Shown: piece after piece, positions 30,959-40,892 of the stretch
Position numbering within the stretch: the stretch's first letter is position 1
Layout of the letters: each line of letters starts with the position of its first letter
DNA from: an uncultured Deinococcaceae bacterium
GTDB lineage: Bacteria > Deinococcota > Deinococci > Deinococcales > Deinococcaceae
Assembly: GCA_964252075.1 (NCBI GenBank)
Contig: CAXULY010000043.1
Coordinates: forward strand, 1 to 45,391
DNA: 45,391 nucleotides
Reading direction: 5' to 3'
The notes under the pieces: model-generated
The model's database searches: none
What the model was told of the DNA's origin: nothing
Seen by the model: the letters and a program-made list of their open reading frames with translations, nothing else
Position numbers and translations under genes: made by a program

Positions 30959-31072
30959 TCAGTTCACGGGCCGGGCGCTCTGGGCGGACTGCCCACCCAA
31001 ACGCCCTTCCGGGGCGCCCGCTGGTGTCGACGGCGGGGCTGGATTCCAGCGTGTGAAGGCCAGGTCACACAT
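30959..31072 (-). CDS. 37-aa ORF immediately upstream of the monooxygenase (leader peptide or deletion remnant)
   Basis: GGGGAGG-N5-ATG; MCDLAFTRWNPAPP...SARPVN*; TGA abuts the monooxygenase RBS. Confidence 0.35.
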   Translation of the reverse strand: MCDLAFTRWNPAPPSTPAGAPEGRLGGQSAQSARPVN

Positions 31073-31221
31073 GGTGTCCTCCCCTCAGTGATCTGGGCTG
31101 GCCTGCCCTCAGCTTAAGCCCGCGCCGGTCGCCTGGGTGGGGGCCTCACCCTCCTTTAAGAGATGGATGCACGTTGAACGGTTTTAAGGCTCGCGTCAGC
31201 TTCAGGGGAGAAGCATGAGGG

Positions 31222-31440
31222 GTGCTCAAGCGTTTCGACCGGCAGATTCTGGACGCCTTTCCGGAGGGGCCCGTCAGCCGCTTCGAGTTCATGGTGTCGC
31301 TGCCCCTGGAAGTCAACCGCAACTCGGCGGGCGGCGCGCTGAAGCGGCTGCTGGACGCCGGGTTGCTGCACCGCCCGCGCAAGGGCGTGTATGAACTCAC
31401 GGCGGCGGGCCTCGCCACGCGCCAGGAAGTCCCCACCTGA
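31222..31440 (+). CDS. Small winged-helix-like hypothetical protein
   Basis: SAGGALKRLLDAGLL..PRKGVYELT wHTH-like pattern; genome-like codon usage. Confidence 0.6.
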   Translation: MLKRFDRQILDAFPEGPVSRFEFMVSLPLEVNRNSAGGALKRLLDAGLLHRPRKGVYELTAAGLATRQEVPT

Positions 31441-31450
31441 CGCGCGCCGC

Positions 31451-33592
31451 TCAGTCGCGCAGCAGCGGGTGCAGTTCGCCCTCCGCGACGAGCGCGAGCG
31501 CGTGCTGCGCGCGGGACGCCGCGACGTACAGCAGGCGGCTCTCGAACTCCACCTGCGGGTCGTAATGCGCGGCGTCCGCGCCCGCCACCACGCAACCGTC
31601 CGCCTCCAGGCCCTTCGCGAGGCGCACGGGCAGCACCGTCACGCCGCCCGCGTAACGCGCCGCGCCGTCCGTCAGGGCGCGCGCGTCCACGTCGAGGTCG
31701 CGCAGGGCGGCGGCGAGCGGTTCCGCTTCCGCCTCGCGGCGCGTCACGACCAGAATGTGCTGGTGGCCCGCCTGAAGCTGCGCCTTCACGGCGCGCGCGG
31801 TGAGGTCCGCGAGGGGCGCGCCCGTGAGGCGGCTCACGGGCGCGCCCGCGCGGTCCACGCCGTGCGCGCTCGCCGCGCGGTTGTAGGTGGCGGCGACGCG
31901 CTGCGTGACGCCCGTGATCTCGCCCGTGCTGCGGTACGTGCGGTGCAGCGCGCGCAGGTCCTGCTCGTCCGTCCCGAGAGCCGCCAGCACGTCCGGCCAG
32001 CCGGACGGCCCGCGGAAACCCGCGATGCCCTGGTTCAGGTCCCCCAGGACCGTCACGTGGCCCGGCCGCGCGGCGCGGCGCAGCAGGCGGTACAGCAGCG
32101 GTGAGAAGTCCTGCCCCTCATCCGCCAGGATGTGGTCGTACGGCACGACGCCGCGCCCCACCGGGCGACCGATGCCGCGCGTGAGGGCCTGCACGGCCAG
32201 CATGAGCGGCAGTTCGCTGGCGTCCGCGAAGGACCGGCGCGGCTTCGCGACGCTCGCGAGCGGGTCACTCAGCAGCGCGCGCAGCTGCGCCTCGCTCAGC
32301 AGGCCCCCGGCGGCCTCGCGCAGCGTCCCCTCGTCCCCCAGCAGGCGGCGCGCCTCCGTGACGGGCAGGATGCCCAGGAACAGCTTCGACACGAAGGCGT
32401 CGAGGGGTGCGCCCACCTCCCGCAGCAGCGCCGGACGCTCCGCATCCAGGGGGTTCACGGCGTCCAGCAGGGCGCCCAGCAGCGCCTCCCGGATGGCCGC
32501 CCAGTGCCCCACCAGGGCGTCCGCGCGCACCGCGCGCTCCACGAGGCGCGCCACGTCCTCACGCCCCAGCGTGTACGTGGTGGCCTCGCCGCGGCGCGTG
32601 ACGCTCAGCGCGCAGTCCCCCTTGAGGTTCCCGAGGTACCGGCGCAGCAGGTGCGCGCGCAGCACGTCCAGCATGCGGGCGTGCCCCATCGCCTTGGCGC
32701 GCAGCCACGCCGCGCGGCGCCGCGCGTTGTCGTGGTCCGTGAGGAGCAGCGCGAAGGTGCGGTCCACCACCTCCAGCTTCTCCACCCCCAGCTGCGCGGA
32801 CGCCCACGTCTCGGCGGTCGTGACCTGCACGCCCTGCAGGCCCAGGCTGGGCAGCACGCGCGCCGCGTACCCCGCAAGGACCGCCGTGGGCATCAGCACC
32901 AGGCAGCCGTCCGGGCGGGCCTGCTGCTCGCCCCGCGCGGCGTCCGCGAGCCACGCGAGGCGGTGAAAGGCGATGCTGGTCTTGCCCGCGCCCGCCGAGC
33001 CCTGCAGCACCAGGTTCCGGCCCGCCGGGTGGCGCATCGCGGCGTCCTGCTCGGGCTGCAGGGTCTCCACCACGTCCCGCATGCCGGTGGTGGCGCCCTC
33101 GGACAGGCGCTGCACCAGCACCGCCTCACGCGCGCCCGTGTCGCCGCCCGCGTCGCGGTCGAAGAGGTCCGTCACGGCGTGCAGCGCCTTGTCGCGCACG
33201 TCCAGCTGGCGGCGGCGGTGCACCTCCCCCTTCGGCCAGTGCGTGGCGTCGCTGTAGAACAGCGCACCGACCGGGCTGAGCCACGAGATCACGTCATGCT
33301 GCCCGTCGCGGCTGCCGAACGCGGCCTTCCCGACGTACACCGTGCGGGTGCGCCCGCCCGCCCGCACCGTGAGCGACCCGAAGTACGGCGCGGGAATGTG
33401 CGGGCGCAGCACCTGCGCTTCCAGCTCGGCCTTGTCCGCCTGCACGATGCTGGTGTGCTCGTCGGCGCCCACGTTGTACTCGCGGTCCTCCAGGAGGCGC
33501 AGGCGTTCGATCATGCTGGCGACCGTTCCGGCGAGCCGCTCGGACTCCAGCGCGAAATCGGGGTGACGGGTGGGGTGGTCCTGAACGGTCAT
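31451..33592 (-). CDS. helD: HelD-like superfamily 1 helicase/ATPase
   Basis: PYFGSL N-domain, DVVETLQPEQD, GSAGAGKT..HRLAWL, DEGQD, GDLNQ, YRST, KGLE, LYVAASRA. Confidence 0.8.
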   Translation of the reverse strand: MTVQDHPTRHPDFALESERLAGTVASMIERLRLLEDREYNVGADEHTSIVQADKAELEAQVLRPHIPAPYFGSLTVRAGGRTRTVYVGKAAFGSRDGQHDVISWLSPVGALFYSDATHWPKGEVHRRRQLDVRDKALHAVTDLFDRDAGGDTGAREAVLVQRLSEGATTGMRDVVETLQPEQDAAMRHPAGRNLVLQGSAGAGKTSIAFHRLAWLADAARGEQQARPDGCLVLMPTAVLAGYAARVLPSLGLQGVQVTTAETWASAQLGVEKLEVVDRTFALLLTDHDNARRRAAWLRAKAMGHARMLDVLRAHLLRRYLGNLKGDCALSVTRRGEATTYTLGREDVARLVERAVRADALVGHWAAIREALLGALLDAVNPLDAERPALLREVGAPLDAFVSKLFLGILPVTEARRLLGDEGTLREAAGGLLSEAQLRALLSDPLASVAKPRRSFADASELPLMLAVQALTRGIGRPVGRGVVPYDHILADEGQDFSPLLYRLLRRAARPGHVTVLGDLNQGIAGFRGPSGWPDVLAALGTDEQDLRALHRTYRSTGEITGVTQRVAATYNRAASAHGVDRAGAPVSRLTGAPLADLTARAVKAQLQAGHQHILVVTRREAEAEPLAAALRDLDVDARALTDGAARYAGGVTVLPVRLAKGLEADGCVVAGADAAHYDPQVEFESRLLYVAASRAQHALALVAEGELHPLLRD

Positions 33593-33759
33593 TCCCTATA
33601 GGGTAGCGGGCGCGCGTCCCCCGCGCGAACGCCCATCGCGCTGCCTTGAAGGGCCCGCCAAGCGCCGTTCCCACGACCCGAGAGACCCGCCAGTGAAGGC
33701 ACCCTAGGCGGTGGAAGGGTGGCCCCGCCGCTCTTGGGAGCCGCGACCGGGAGAAATGC

Positions 33760-33978
33760 ATAGAGAACATCTTCAGCACCCTCCGCGAACACATGTCTGT
33801 CCCCGACGCGCGAGGGCAGCAGGTAGGTCTCGTGGGCGAACGCGACATCAAACTCGCCAAGGACGAGGACAACCGCCACCACTGGATCACCCTGGACACC
33901 ATTGACCGCATGGGGGAGAACTTGCACTTAATCAACGGCGACGAGATGCGCCACAGGTGGCGCGAGCACCAGGTCTGA
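33760..33978 (+). pseudogene. Degenerate DUF2171-like gene
   Basis: LREHMSV...GQQVG...IKLAK...HHWI..LHL pattern; the probable start is ATA at 33760 and the usual TVDH segment appears missing. Confidence 0.5.
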
Positions 33979-34146
33979 CCGCTTAGGCCACAGTCCTGAC
34001 GCCAGGGCAAGCACGCCCCACCCCAACGTGCACCCATCAGGAGGTCCTCGTGGGCCTGTGGCTGGACGTCGTGCTGTACCGGGGCTCAGGCAAAGCGTGA
34101 TGGCAGTCAGGGGCGCCGCATCGGCGCCTCCCGTCGAGGTGAGCAC

Positions 34147-34374
34147 TCAGTTCGCCGCGAACATCGAGGGCACCACCGAGCACACCTCCACGTACTCGCC
34201 CGTCGGGTTGTGGTTGTCAATGCCGATCAGGGTCTGCATGGGCGTCTTGTCGGACGGCAGCAGGGTGTAGAAGTCGTTCCGGCTGCCCTTGAAGTAATCG
34301 GCGGCGGTCCTGCCACTTTCCCAGGTCATGTTCGAGCCGTCCGTGTACTTCCCGCGGATCTCCACGTGGTTCGT
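34147..34374 (-). pseudogene. Orphan 3' gene fragment directly downstream of dnaE2
   Basis: Strong coding-type codon bias (..HVEIRGKYTDG...SMFAAN*) without an RBS or convincing start. Confidence 0.4.
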
Positions 34375-34394
34375 GGTAGGGCGGTCCCGGCGTC

Positions 34395-37300
34395 CTACCC
34401 GAAGGCGTACCCGCTGATGCGCGGCGCGGGCAGGAACAGCTCGCTCAGGCGCAGCGCGCGGATGGTGAGGGCGCGGCTGGGGCCGTTCACCTCGCCCTCG
34501 ACGAGCAGCAGGTTGGCGTCGCGCAGCAGCTGGCGGTGCGCCTCCCAGAGGTCCGGGCTGATGATGACCTGCGCGCGGTGGTGGCCGTCCTGAATGACGT
34601 AGAAGGCGAAGCCGCGCGCGGTGGGAGGGCGCTGGCGCGCGACGATCACGCCGGCGGTCCAGGCGCGCTGCCCGGCCTTCAGGTTCCCGAGGGGCGCGCA
34701 GCCGAGGTCACGCAGGCGCGCGCGGTGGGCGTCCAGGAGGTCGCGTCCCAGGCCGCTCACGCCGGTCAGCTGCAGGTCGAGGCGCAGCAGGTCGTCGGGC
34801 GTGAGGGCGGGGAGCTCCGGGGGCGCGCTGGCGGGGGTGAGGAGGCCGCCCTGCCCGGCGGGGCGGGCGTTGGCGCGCGCGGTGAGGGCGTAGTAGGCGC
34901 GGCGGCGGTCCTCGCCGTAGGCGCCCGCCTGGACGAGCGCCTCGTGCTGCTCGCGCGTGAGGGGGAGGCGCTCGTGGGCGTCCTCGACCCCGTGGTATTT
35001 GCCGCCCACCAGCCGTTCGAGGACGATGGCGCGCGCGGCGTCCGTGCTGATGCCGTGCACGGCGGTGAAGGGCACGCGGACGGTGCGGGCGTCCTCGGCG
35101 CGGTACGTGGCGGCGCTGTGGTTGATGTCGAGGGGCGCGAGGCGCACGCCCCAGCGGCGCGCCTCCTGCGTGATGGTGTGCGCGGGCCACATGCCGGGGT
35201 GTTCGGTGAGGACCGCCGCGAGGTACGGCGCGGGGTGGTGGTGGCGCAGCCACGCACTGGCGTAGGCGTGCTGCGCGAAGCTCCAGGCGTGACTTTCCGC
35301 GAAGCCGTACCCACGGAAGGACGCGCACCACCCGAAGACCTCGCGGGCCTCCTCGGCGCTCGCGGCGCAGGTGCGCGCGGCGCCCTGCACGAAGCGCTCG
35401 CGCAGCGCGTCCAGCGTCCCGTCTTCCTCGGCGCCCGCGACGTCCCTGCGGAAGCGGTCGGCGTCCTCCCAGGTCATGCCGGCGTACTGCACGGCGAGGC
35501 GCAGGATCTGCTCCTGGAAGAGCAGCACGCCGTGACTCACGCGCAGGATGCCGTGCAGCGGTTCGCGCAGGGTGGGCGTGACCTCCTCGCCGAGGCGGCG
35601 GCGCACGTAGGGGTGCACGGTGCCGGACTGGATGGGGCCGGGGCGGATGAGGGCAATCTGGTGCGCAAGGTCCGTCATGTGCTCGGGGCGCAGGCGGGCG
35701 CTCATCTGCACCTGGGCGGGGCTCTCGATCTGGAAGAGCGCCATGGTGTCGCCCGCCTGGATGCGCCGCCACACGGCGGGGTCGTCGGGGAGGTCCCCGA
35801 AGTCCAGCCAGCGGCCCTCCAGGCGCACGACGTCCTCACGCACGCGTTCCAGCACGCCCAGCATGCGCAGGCCCAGCAGGTCCAGCTTGATGAGGCCGAG
35901 CGCCTCCACGTCCTCCTTGTTGAAGCTCAGCATGCGGATGCCGCCGGAGCTGCGCGTGAGGGGGCTGTGGTGCGTGAGGGGGTCGCCGCTGAGGACCACG
36001 CCGCCGGAGTGTGGGGCGAGGTGTCGCACGAATTTCGGCTCCATGAGGGACAGCAGGCGCAGCAGCGCGCCCTTCACGGGCGCGTCGCCCAGCACCTCGT
36101 CGAAGACCACGGCGGCGTCCGCGGCGCGGTGCGGGCGGTGGTGGCGGTAGTCGCGGCCGAGCGCGCGCGTGAGGCGGTCGCGCTGCTCGGGCGGCAGGCC
36201 GAGCGCGCGCCCGAGGTCCTGCACGGCGCTGGGCAGGCGGTACGTGATGCGGTTCGCAACCATTGCCTCGCCCGCGCCGCCCGCCCCCCAGCGGTCCTCC
36301 ACCCAGGCGAGCACCTGGTCGCGCCGGGAGCTGGCGATGTCGATGTCCACGTCCGGCATGCTGCGCCGCCCGGTGTGCAGGAAGCGCTCGAAGAGCAGGT
36401 TGTGGCGGATGGGGTCCGCGAGGGTGATGCCGAGCGCGTGGCACAGCACGCTGCCCGCCGCGCTGCCGCGGCCCGCCGCGAGGATGCCGTGGTCGCGGCA
36501 GTAATCCGTGATTTCCGCGGCGCACAGGAAGAACCCCTCGAGTTTCAGTTCGTGCACGGTGCGCAGTTCGTGGCGCAGGCGCGCGCGGGCGGCGTCGCGC
36601 GCCGCGCCGCGGTACATGACGTGCAGGCCCGCGAAGGCGCGGCGGCGCAGGTACGCGCGGGCGCTCAGGCCGTCCGGCAGGGTGGGTTCGGGCGCGGTGA
36701 GCTGGTCCGGCTGGAGGGTGAAGGTGCAGCGCTGCGCGAGGCGCTCGGCGTTCGCGAGGGCGTCCGCGTGGGGGATGCGCCGCGCCCACACTTCGGGCGT
36801 CGCGAGGTGCGCGAGGTCCGTGCGGGGCCGCTCGGGGTGCGGGGTGCTCACGTCCGTGCCGAGCCGCGCGCAGGTGAGGGCGTCCAGCAGCGGGTACTCC
36901 GCCTGCGTCGCCATGCGGATTTCGGGTGCGGCGACGGTGGGGAGGCCCAGGTCGCGCGCGAGGGCGCGCAGGAAACCCTGGCGTCGGCGGTCGCCGGGCA
37001 GGCCGTCGTGGTAGAGCTGCACGAACAGCCGCTCGCGGAAGGCGCCGCGCAGGTCGCGCAGCAGCGCCGTGAGTTCCGTGACGCGCCGCTCGGCGCCCAG
37101 CACGGTTGGGAAGCCGCGCCGACCGCCCGTGAGGAGCGCGAGGTGCGCCGCTTCGGCGCGCAGGGCGTCCAGCGGGAGGCCGGGCCGCTCCCCGGCTTTC
37201 AGGTCGGTCAGCAGGCGGCACAGCGCGGCGTAGCCGGGCCGCCCGACCGCGAGCAGCACCACCGGGTAGACCTCCAGGCGCTCGCCGCGCCGCGCGCCCG

Positions 37301-37538
37301 CCCGCTCCAGCAGCAGCGGCGCGGTCGCGCCGACCACGGCGCGCAGGCCGTGCGTGGCGGCAGCGCCGCTGAGTTCCACGGCGCCCGCCACGCTGGCGTC
37401 GTCGGTGAGGGCGACGCTGCTGAAGCCGCGCTGCGCGGCGAGTTCAGCGAGCCGCGCGGGCGAGGCCGTTCCGGCGCCCTCGCTGAAGAAGCTGTGCGTG
37501 GTGAGCAGGGCGGTGAGGCGCGGCGGGGCGGGCGGCAT
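34395..37538 (-). CDS. dnaE2: Error-prone DNA polymerase DnaE2 (ImuC)
   Basis: Degenerate PHP domain, GRGSAAGS, FERFL, PDVDID, KLDLLGL, FQIES, YGFAESHA, RQRPPTARG OB fold. Confidence 0.95.
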   Translation of the reverse strand: MPPAPPRLTALLTTHSFFSEGAGTASPARLAELAAQRGFSSVALTDDASVAGAVELSGAAATHGLRAVVGATAPLLLERAGARRGERLEVYPVVLLAVGRPGYAALCRLLTDLKAGERPGLPLDALRAEAAHLALLTGGRRGFPTVLGAERRVTELTALLRDLRGAFRERLFVQLYHDGLPGDRRRQGFLRALARDLGLPTVAAPEIRMATQAEYPLLDALTCARLGTDVSTPHPERPRTDLAHLATPEVWARRIPHADALANAERLAQRCTFTLQPDQLTAPEPTLPDGLSARAYLRRRAFAGLHVMYRGAARDAARARLRHELRTVHELKLEGFFLCAAEITDYCRDHGILAAGRGSAAGSVLCHALGITLADPIRHNLLFERFLHTGRRSMPDVDIDIASSRRDQVLAWVEDRWGAGGAGEAMVANRITYRLPSAVQDLGRALGLPPEQRDRLTRALGRDYRHHRPHRAADAAVVFDEVLGDAPVKGALLRLLSLMEPKFVRHLAPHSGGVVLSGDPLTHHSPLTRSSGGIRMLSFNKEDVEALGLIKLDLLGLRMLGVLERVREDVVRLEGRWLDFGDLPDDPAVWRRIQAGDTMALFQIESPAQVQMSARLRPEHMTDLAHQIALIRPGPIQSGTVHPYVRRRLGEEVTPTLREPLHGILRVSHGVLLFQEQILRLAVQYAGMTWEDADRFRRDVAGAEEDGTLDALRERFVQGAARTCAASAEEAREVFGWCASFRGYGFAESHAWSFAQHAYASAWLRHHHPAPYLAAVLTEHPGMWPAHTITQEARRWGVRLAPLDINHSAATYRAEDARTVRVPFTAVHGISTDAARAIVLERLVGGKYHGVEDAHERLPLTREQHEALVQAGAYGEDRRRAYYALTARANARPAGQGGLLTPASAPPELPALTPDDLLRLDLQLTGVSGLGRDLLDAHRARLRDLGCAPLGNLKAGQRAWTAGVIVARQRPPTARGFAFYVIQDGHHRAQVIISPDLWEAHRQLLRDANLLLVEGEVNGPSRALTIRALRLSELFLPAPRISGYAFG

Positions 37539-37545
37539 GGGGCCT

Positions 37546-37794
37546 TCAGTCCTGCACGCGCGCCAGCCACCAGCGGCCCTCGGGGGTGTCCTCGCGGTGC
37601 AGTTCCGCGACGAGCGCGTCGGTGCGCACGAGGTAGCAGTCGCGCGGCGGTTCGTCCAGCCACCAGCGGCCCCCGTACCGCCACCCGTCGAGCAGTTCCG
37701 TCACGATGCGCAGGCGTCCGTCCAGCACGAAGCGGGTGGGGGCGCCTGCCGCGGAGACGGACACCTGCGTGAGGGGGCGCTCGACGGCGCGCAT
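37546..37794 (-). CDS. Stand-alone ImuB C-terminal-like domain (DUF6504-like)
   Basis: W..GGRWW...RDCYLV....ELHRE....WWLARVQD; coupled to imuY. Confidence 0.8.
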   Translation of the reverse strand: MRAVERPLTQVSVSAAGAPTRFVLDGRLRIVTELLDGWRYGGRWWLDEPPRDCYLVRTDALVAELHREDTPEGRWWLARVQD

Positions 37795-39023
37795 CAGCGG
37801 CGCACCGGGGCGGGCGCGGCGGGCGTGGGGTCGGTCCGGCGCGGGGTGGGGTGGGGCGTGAGCGGGCGGGGGCGTTCCGCGCCGCTGGCGTGGTCCACCC
37901 AGCAGTACTGCGCGTCCGCGACGGTGGCGTGCGGGTCCAGCCAGCGCAGGCGCACGAGGCCCTGGGGGTGGCGGCCCAGCACGGCGGCCACGGCGTCCTG
38001 CGCGGCGTCCCGCCCGAACAGCGCGCCCTGCCGCGCCGGGCGTTCCAGCCCGCCGAGCGTGAGGGTGAGGGCGTCCAGCCCCATGCGGATGGTGTCGTCT
38101 CCCAGGTCGTTCAGGGCGTGGCGGGCCAGGAGGTGCAGGCGGGTGGCGCCCTGCACGGCGTCGCGGGCGGCGCGGGTGGCGCTGACGCCCACGCCCGCGA
38201 CGGTCGCCTGGACGGTCACGCGCCGCGCGGCGCGTCCGTTCAGGGGCGCGAGCACCTGCGCGGCGAGGTGCGCGAGGACCGCGTCGAGGTCGCGCGGCTC
38301 GCGCAGGGGTTCGTCGAAGGTCAGGGTGGCGCTGAGGGTCGGGTCGGGCTGGTGGGTGGGCAGCCGGGTGGTGCGGCGTCGCCCGAGGGCGTCCTCCACG
38401 GCGCGGGCGCCCGCGCCGAGGAAGGCGGCGCGCTGCGCGCGACTCCAGCGCTGCAGGTCCGCGAGCTGGCGCACGCCCAGGAACTCCAGCCGCTGCTGCT
38501 CGGCGCGCCCCAGCCCCAGCGCGCCGAGGGCGGAGATGGGCAGGCGGGCCAGCAGGGCCGCTTCGCCCGCCGCGCCGGGCACCAGCTCGACCTGACCGGG
38601 CGGCGCGAGGGTGGAGGCGAGGTGCGCCACTTCAGCGCTGTCCGCGAGGCCCACCTGCGCGCCGAAGGCCACCGCGACCTCGCGCGCCGCGTCGGGCGTG
38701 AGGGTCAGCCACGCCACGCCGGGGCCGCCGTCCAGCAGGCGCGGGCTGAACACCGCGAGTTCCGCGCGCAGGGTGGCCCAGCGCTGCGCGAGCAGCGGGG
38801 CGCGCTGCACCTCGGCGTGCAGGTCGGGCGCGCGCGATTCGGCGGCGGCGCGCGTGAGGCCGGACCGCACGCCGAGCGCGCGCGCCTCGGGGCTGGCGTG
38901 CAGCACGCGGGCGCGTTCGTCCAGCACCGCCACGGGCACGCCGGGGTGGCCCTGCCGCGCGCACCACAGGGCGTAGGGCTCCATCCGCACGCAGGCGATC
39001 TGCGTGCGGTCCGGGGCGGGCAC
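37794..39023 (-). CDS. imuY: ImuY/ImuB-like inactive Y-family polymerase
   Basis: SPEARALGVRSGLT, LPISALG, LEFLGV..LADL; catalytic acidic residues not evident; clamp-like motif QGALF; GTG start after TGGAGG. Confidence 0.85.
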   Translation of the reverse strand: MPAPDRTQIACVRMEPYALWCARQGHPGVPVAVLDERARVLHASPEARALGVRSGLTRAAAESRAPDLHAEVQRAPLLAQRWATLRAELAVFSPRLLDGGPGVAWLTLTPDAAREVAVAFGAQVGLADSAEVAHLASTLAPPGQVELVPGAAGEAALLARLPISALGALGLGRAEQQRLEFLGVRQLADLQRWSRAQRAAFLGAGARAVEDALGRRRTTRLPTHQPDPTLSATLTFDEPLREPRDLDAVLAHLAAQVLAPLNGRAARRVTVQATVAGVGVSATRAARDAVQGATRLHLLARHALNDLGDDTIRMGLDALTLTLGGLERPARQGALFGRDAAQDAVAAVLGRHPQGLVRLRWLDPHATVADAQYCWVDHASGAERPRPLTPHPTPRRTDPTPAAPAPVRR

Positions 39024-39025
39024 GG

Positions 39026-39664
39026 TCAGCGCCTCCAGGCGGAGCGGGACTTGAGGCTGCCGATGTGCCCCACGAGGCAGCCGCGCACGCGCACGTCGGT
39101 GGCGTTGAAGCGCATGGGGGGGTACTCGGGGTTCTCGCTCACCAGTTCGATTTCGCTGCCGTGGCGGTACAGGCGTTTGAGGGTGGCGGTGTTCTCGCCG
39201 GGCAGCAGCACCACGGCGATCTCGCCGTCCGGGCAGGTGTCGCAGGGCCGCACGGCGACCTTGTCGCCGGGGTAGATGCCGAGGCCCGTCATGCTGTCGC
39301 CGCGCACGGTGAGGAAGTAGTCGCCCTCGCGCATGTCCAGGAGGTCGTCGATGCGGGCGTAGAGGCCCTGCACCTGGTCGTCGGTGAAGGTGGGTTGCCC
39401 CGCAGCGACCTCGCCGAGCAGGGGGTAGCCGTAGGCGCCGCTGGCGAGCTGCCCGGCGGGCGTGAGGATCAGGGGGGAGGTGCGGCTGGTGGGCGCCTCG
39501 AGGAAGCCGTCCTCGCGGAGCGCCTGGACGAGCTGCGCGATGTTCTGGCGGGTTCTGCCGAGGGCGTCGGCGACTTCCTGTGGGGTGGGGGCGCCCTTGT
39601 CGCGGGTGAGTCGGGCGGTGACCTGCAGGACGTTCTTGCGGGCTGGGCTGAGGTTGGGCGGCAT
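39026..39664 (-). CDS. lexA: LexA repressor
   Basis: N-terminal HTH, GEVAAG (Ala-Gly cleavage site), GDSM catalytic Ser, TLKRL catalytic Lys. Confidence 0.95.
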   Translation of the reverse strand: MPPNLSPARKNVLQVTARLTRDKGAPTPQEVADALGRTRQNIAQLVQALREDGFLEAPTSRTSPLILTPAGQLASGAYGYPLLGEVAAGQPTFTDDQVQGLYARIDDLLDMREGDYFLTVRGDSMTGLGIYPGDKVAVRPCDTCPDGEIAVVLLPGENTATLKRLYRHGSEIELVSENPEYPPMRFNATDVRVRGCLVGHIGSLKSRSAWRR

Positions 39665-39676
39665 GTGATCCTCCGT

Positions 39677-39696
39677 TACTTGCTTTAAAGCAAGTA
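39677..39696. promoter_or_regulatory. Perfect 20-bp palindrome, candidate LexA operator
   Basis: TACTTGCTTTAAAGCAAGTA (CTTG-N8-CAAG), 12 nt upstream of the lexA ATG. Confidence 0.7.
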
Positions 39697-39712
39697 CTTG
39701 GCCGCATGGTGA

Positions 39713-39741
39713 TTGACAAATTGCTCCAAGTCAAGTTCAAT
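39713..39741 (+). promoter_or_regulatory. Putative recA promoter with a degenerate second operator (ATTG-N8-CAAG, 39720-39735) in the spacer
   Basis: TTGACA-N17-TTCAAT. Confidence 0.5.
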
Positions 39742-39757
39742 TATGTTTGAGACAGAA
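39741..39757. promoter_or_regulatory. RDRM (DdrO operator) upstream of recA
   Basis: TTATGTTTGAGACAGAA, 17 bp, fits the TTAYG-N7-CRTAA-type RDRM dyad. Confidence 0.8.
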
Positions 39758-39803
39758 CATCGCCCGAAGCATAAAAGAACTTCAGAATTTACAGGGGGAT
39801 CAG

Positions 39804-40891
<1,088 letters not shown>

Positions 40892-40892
<1 letters not shown>

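Noticed and set aside
33600..33700. Rifamycin-associated element upstream of helD
   Set aside because: No convincing match to the RAE palindrome
37794..39740. 648-aa ORF suggesting a LexA-region/ImuY fusion
   Set aside because: The N-terminal part is an alternative frame over lexA; the real imuY start is the GTG at 39023 after TGGAGG
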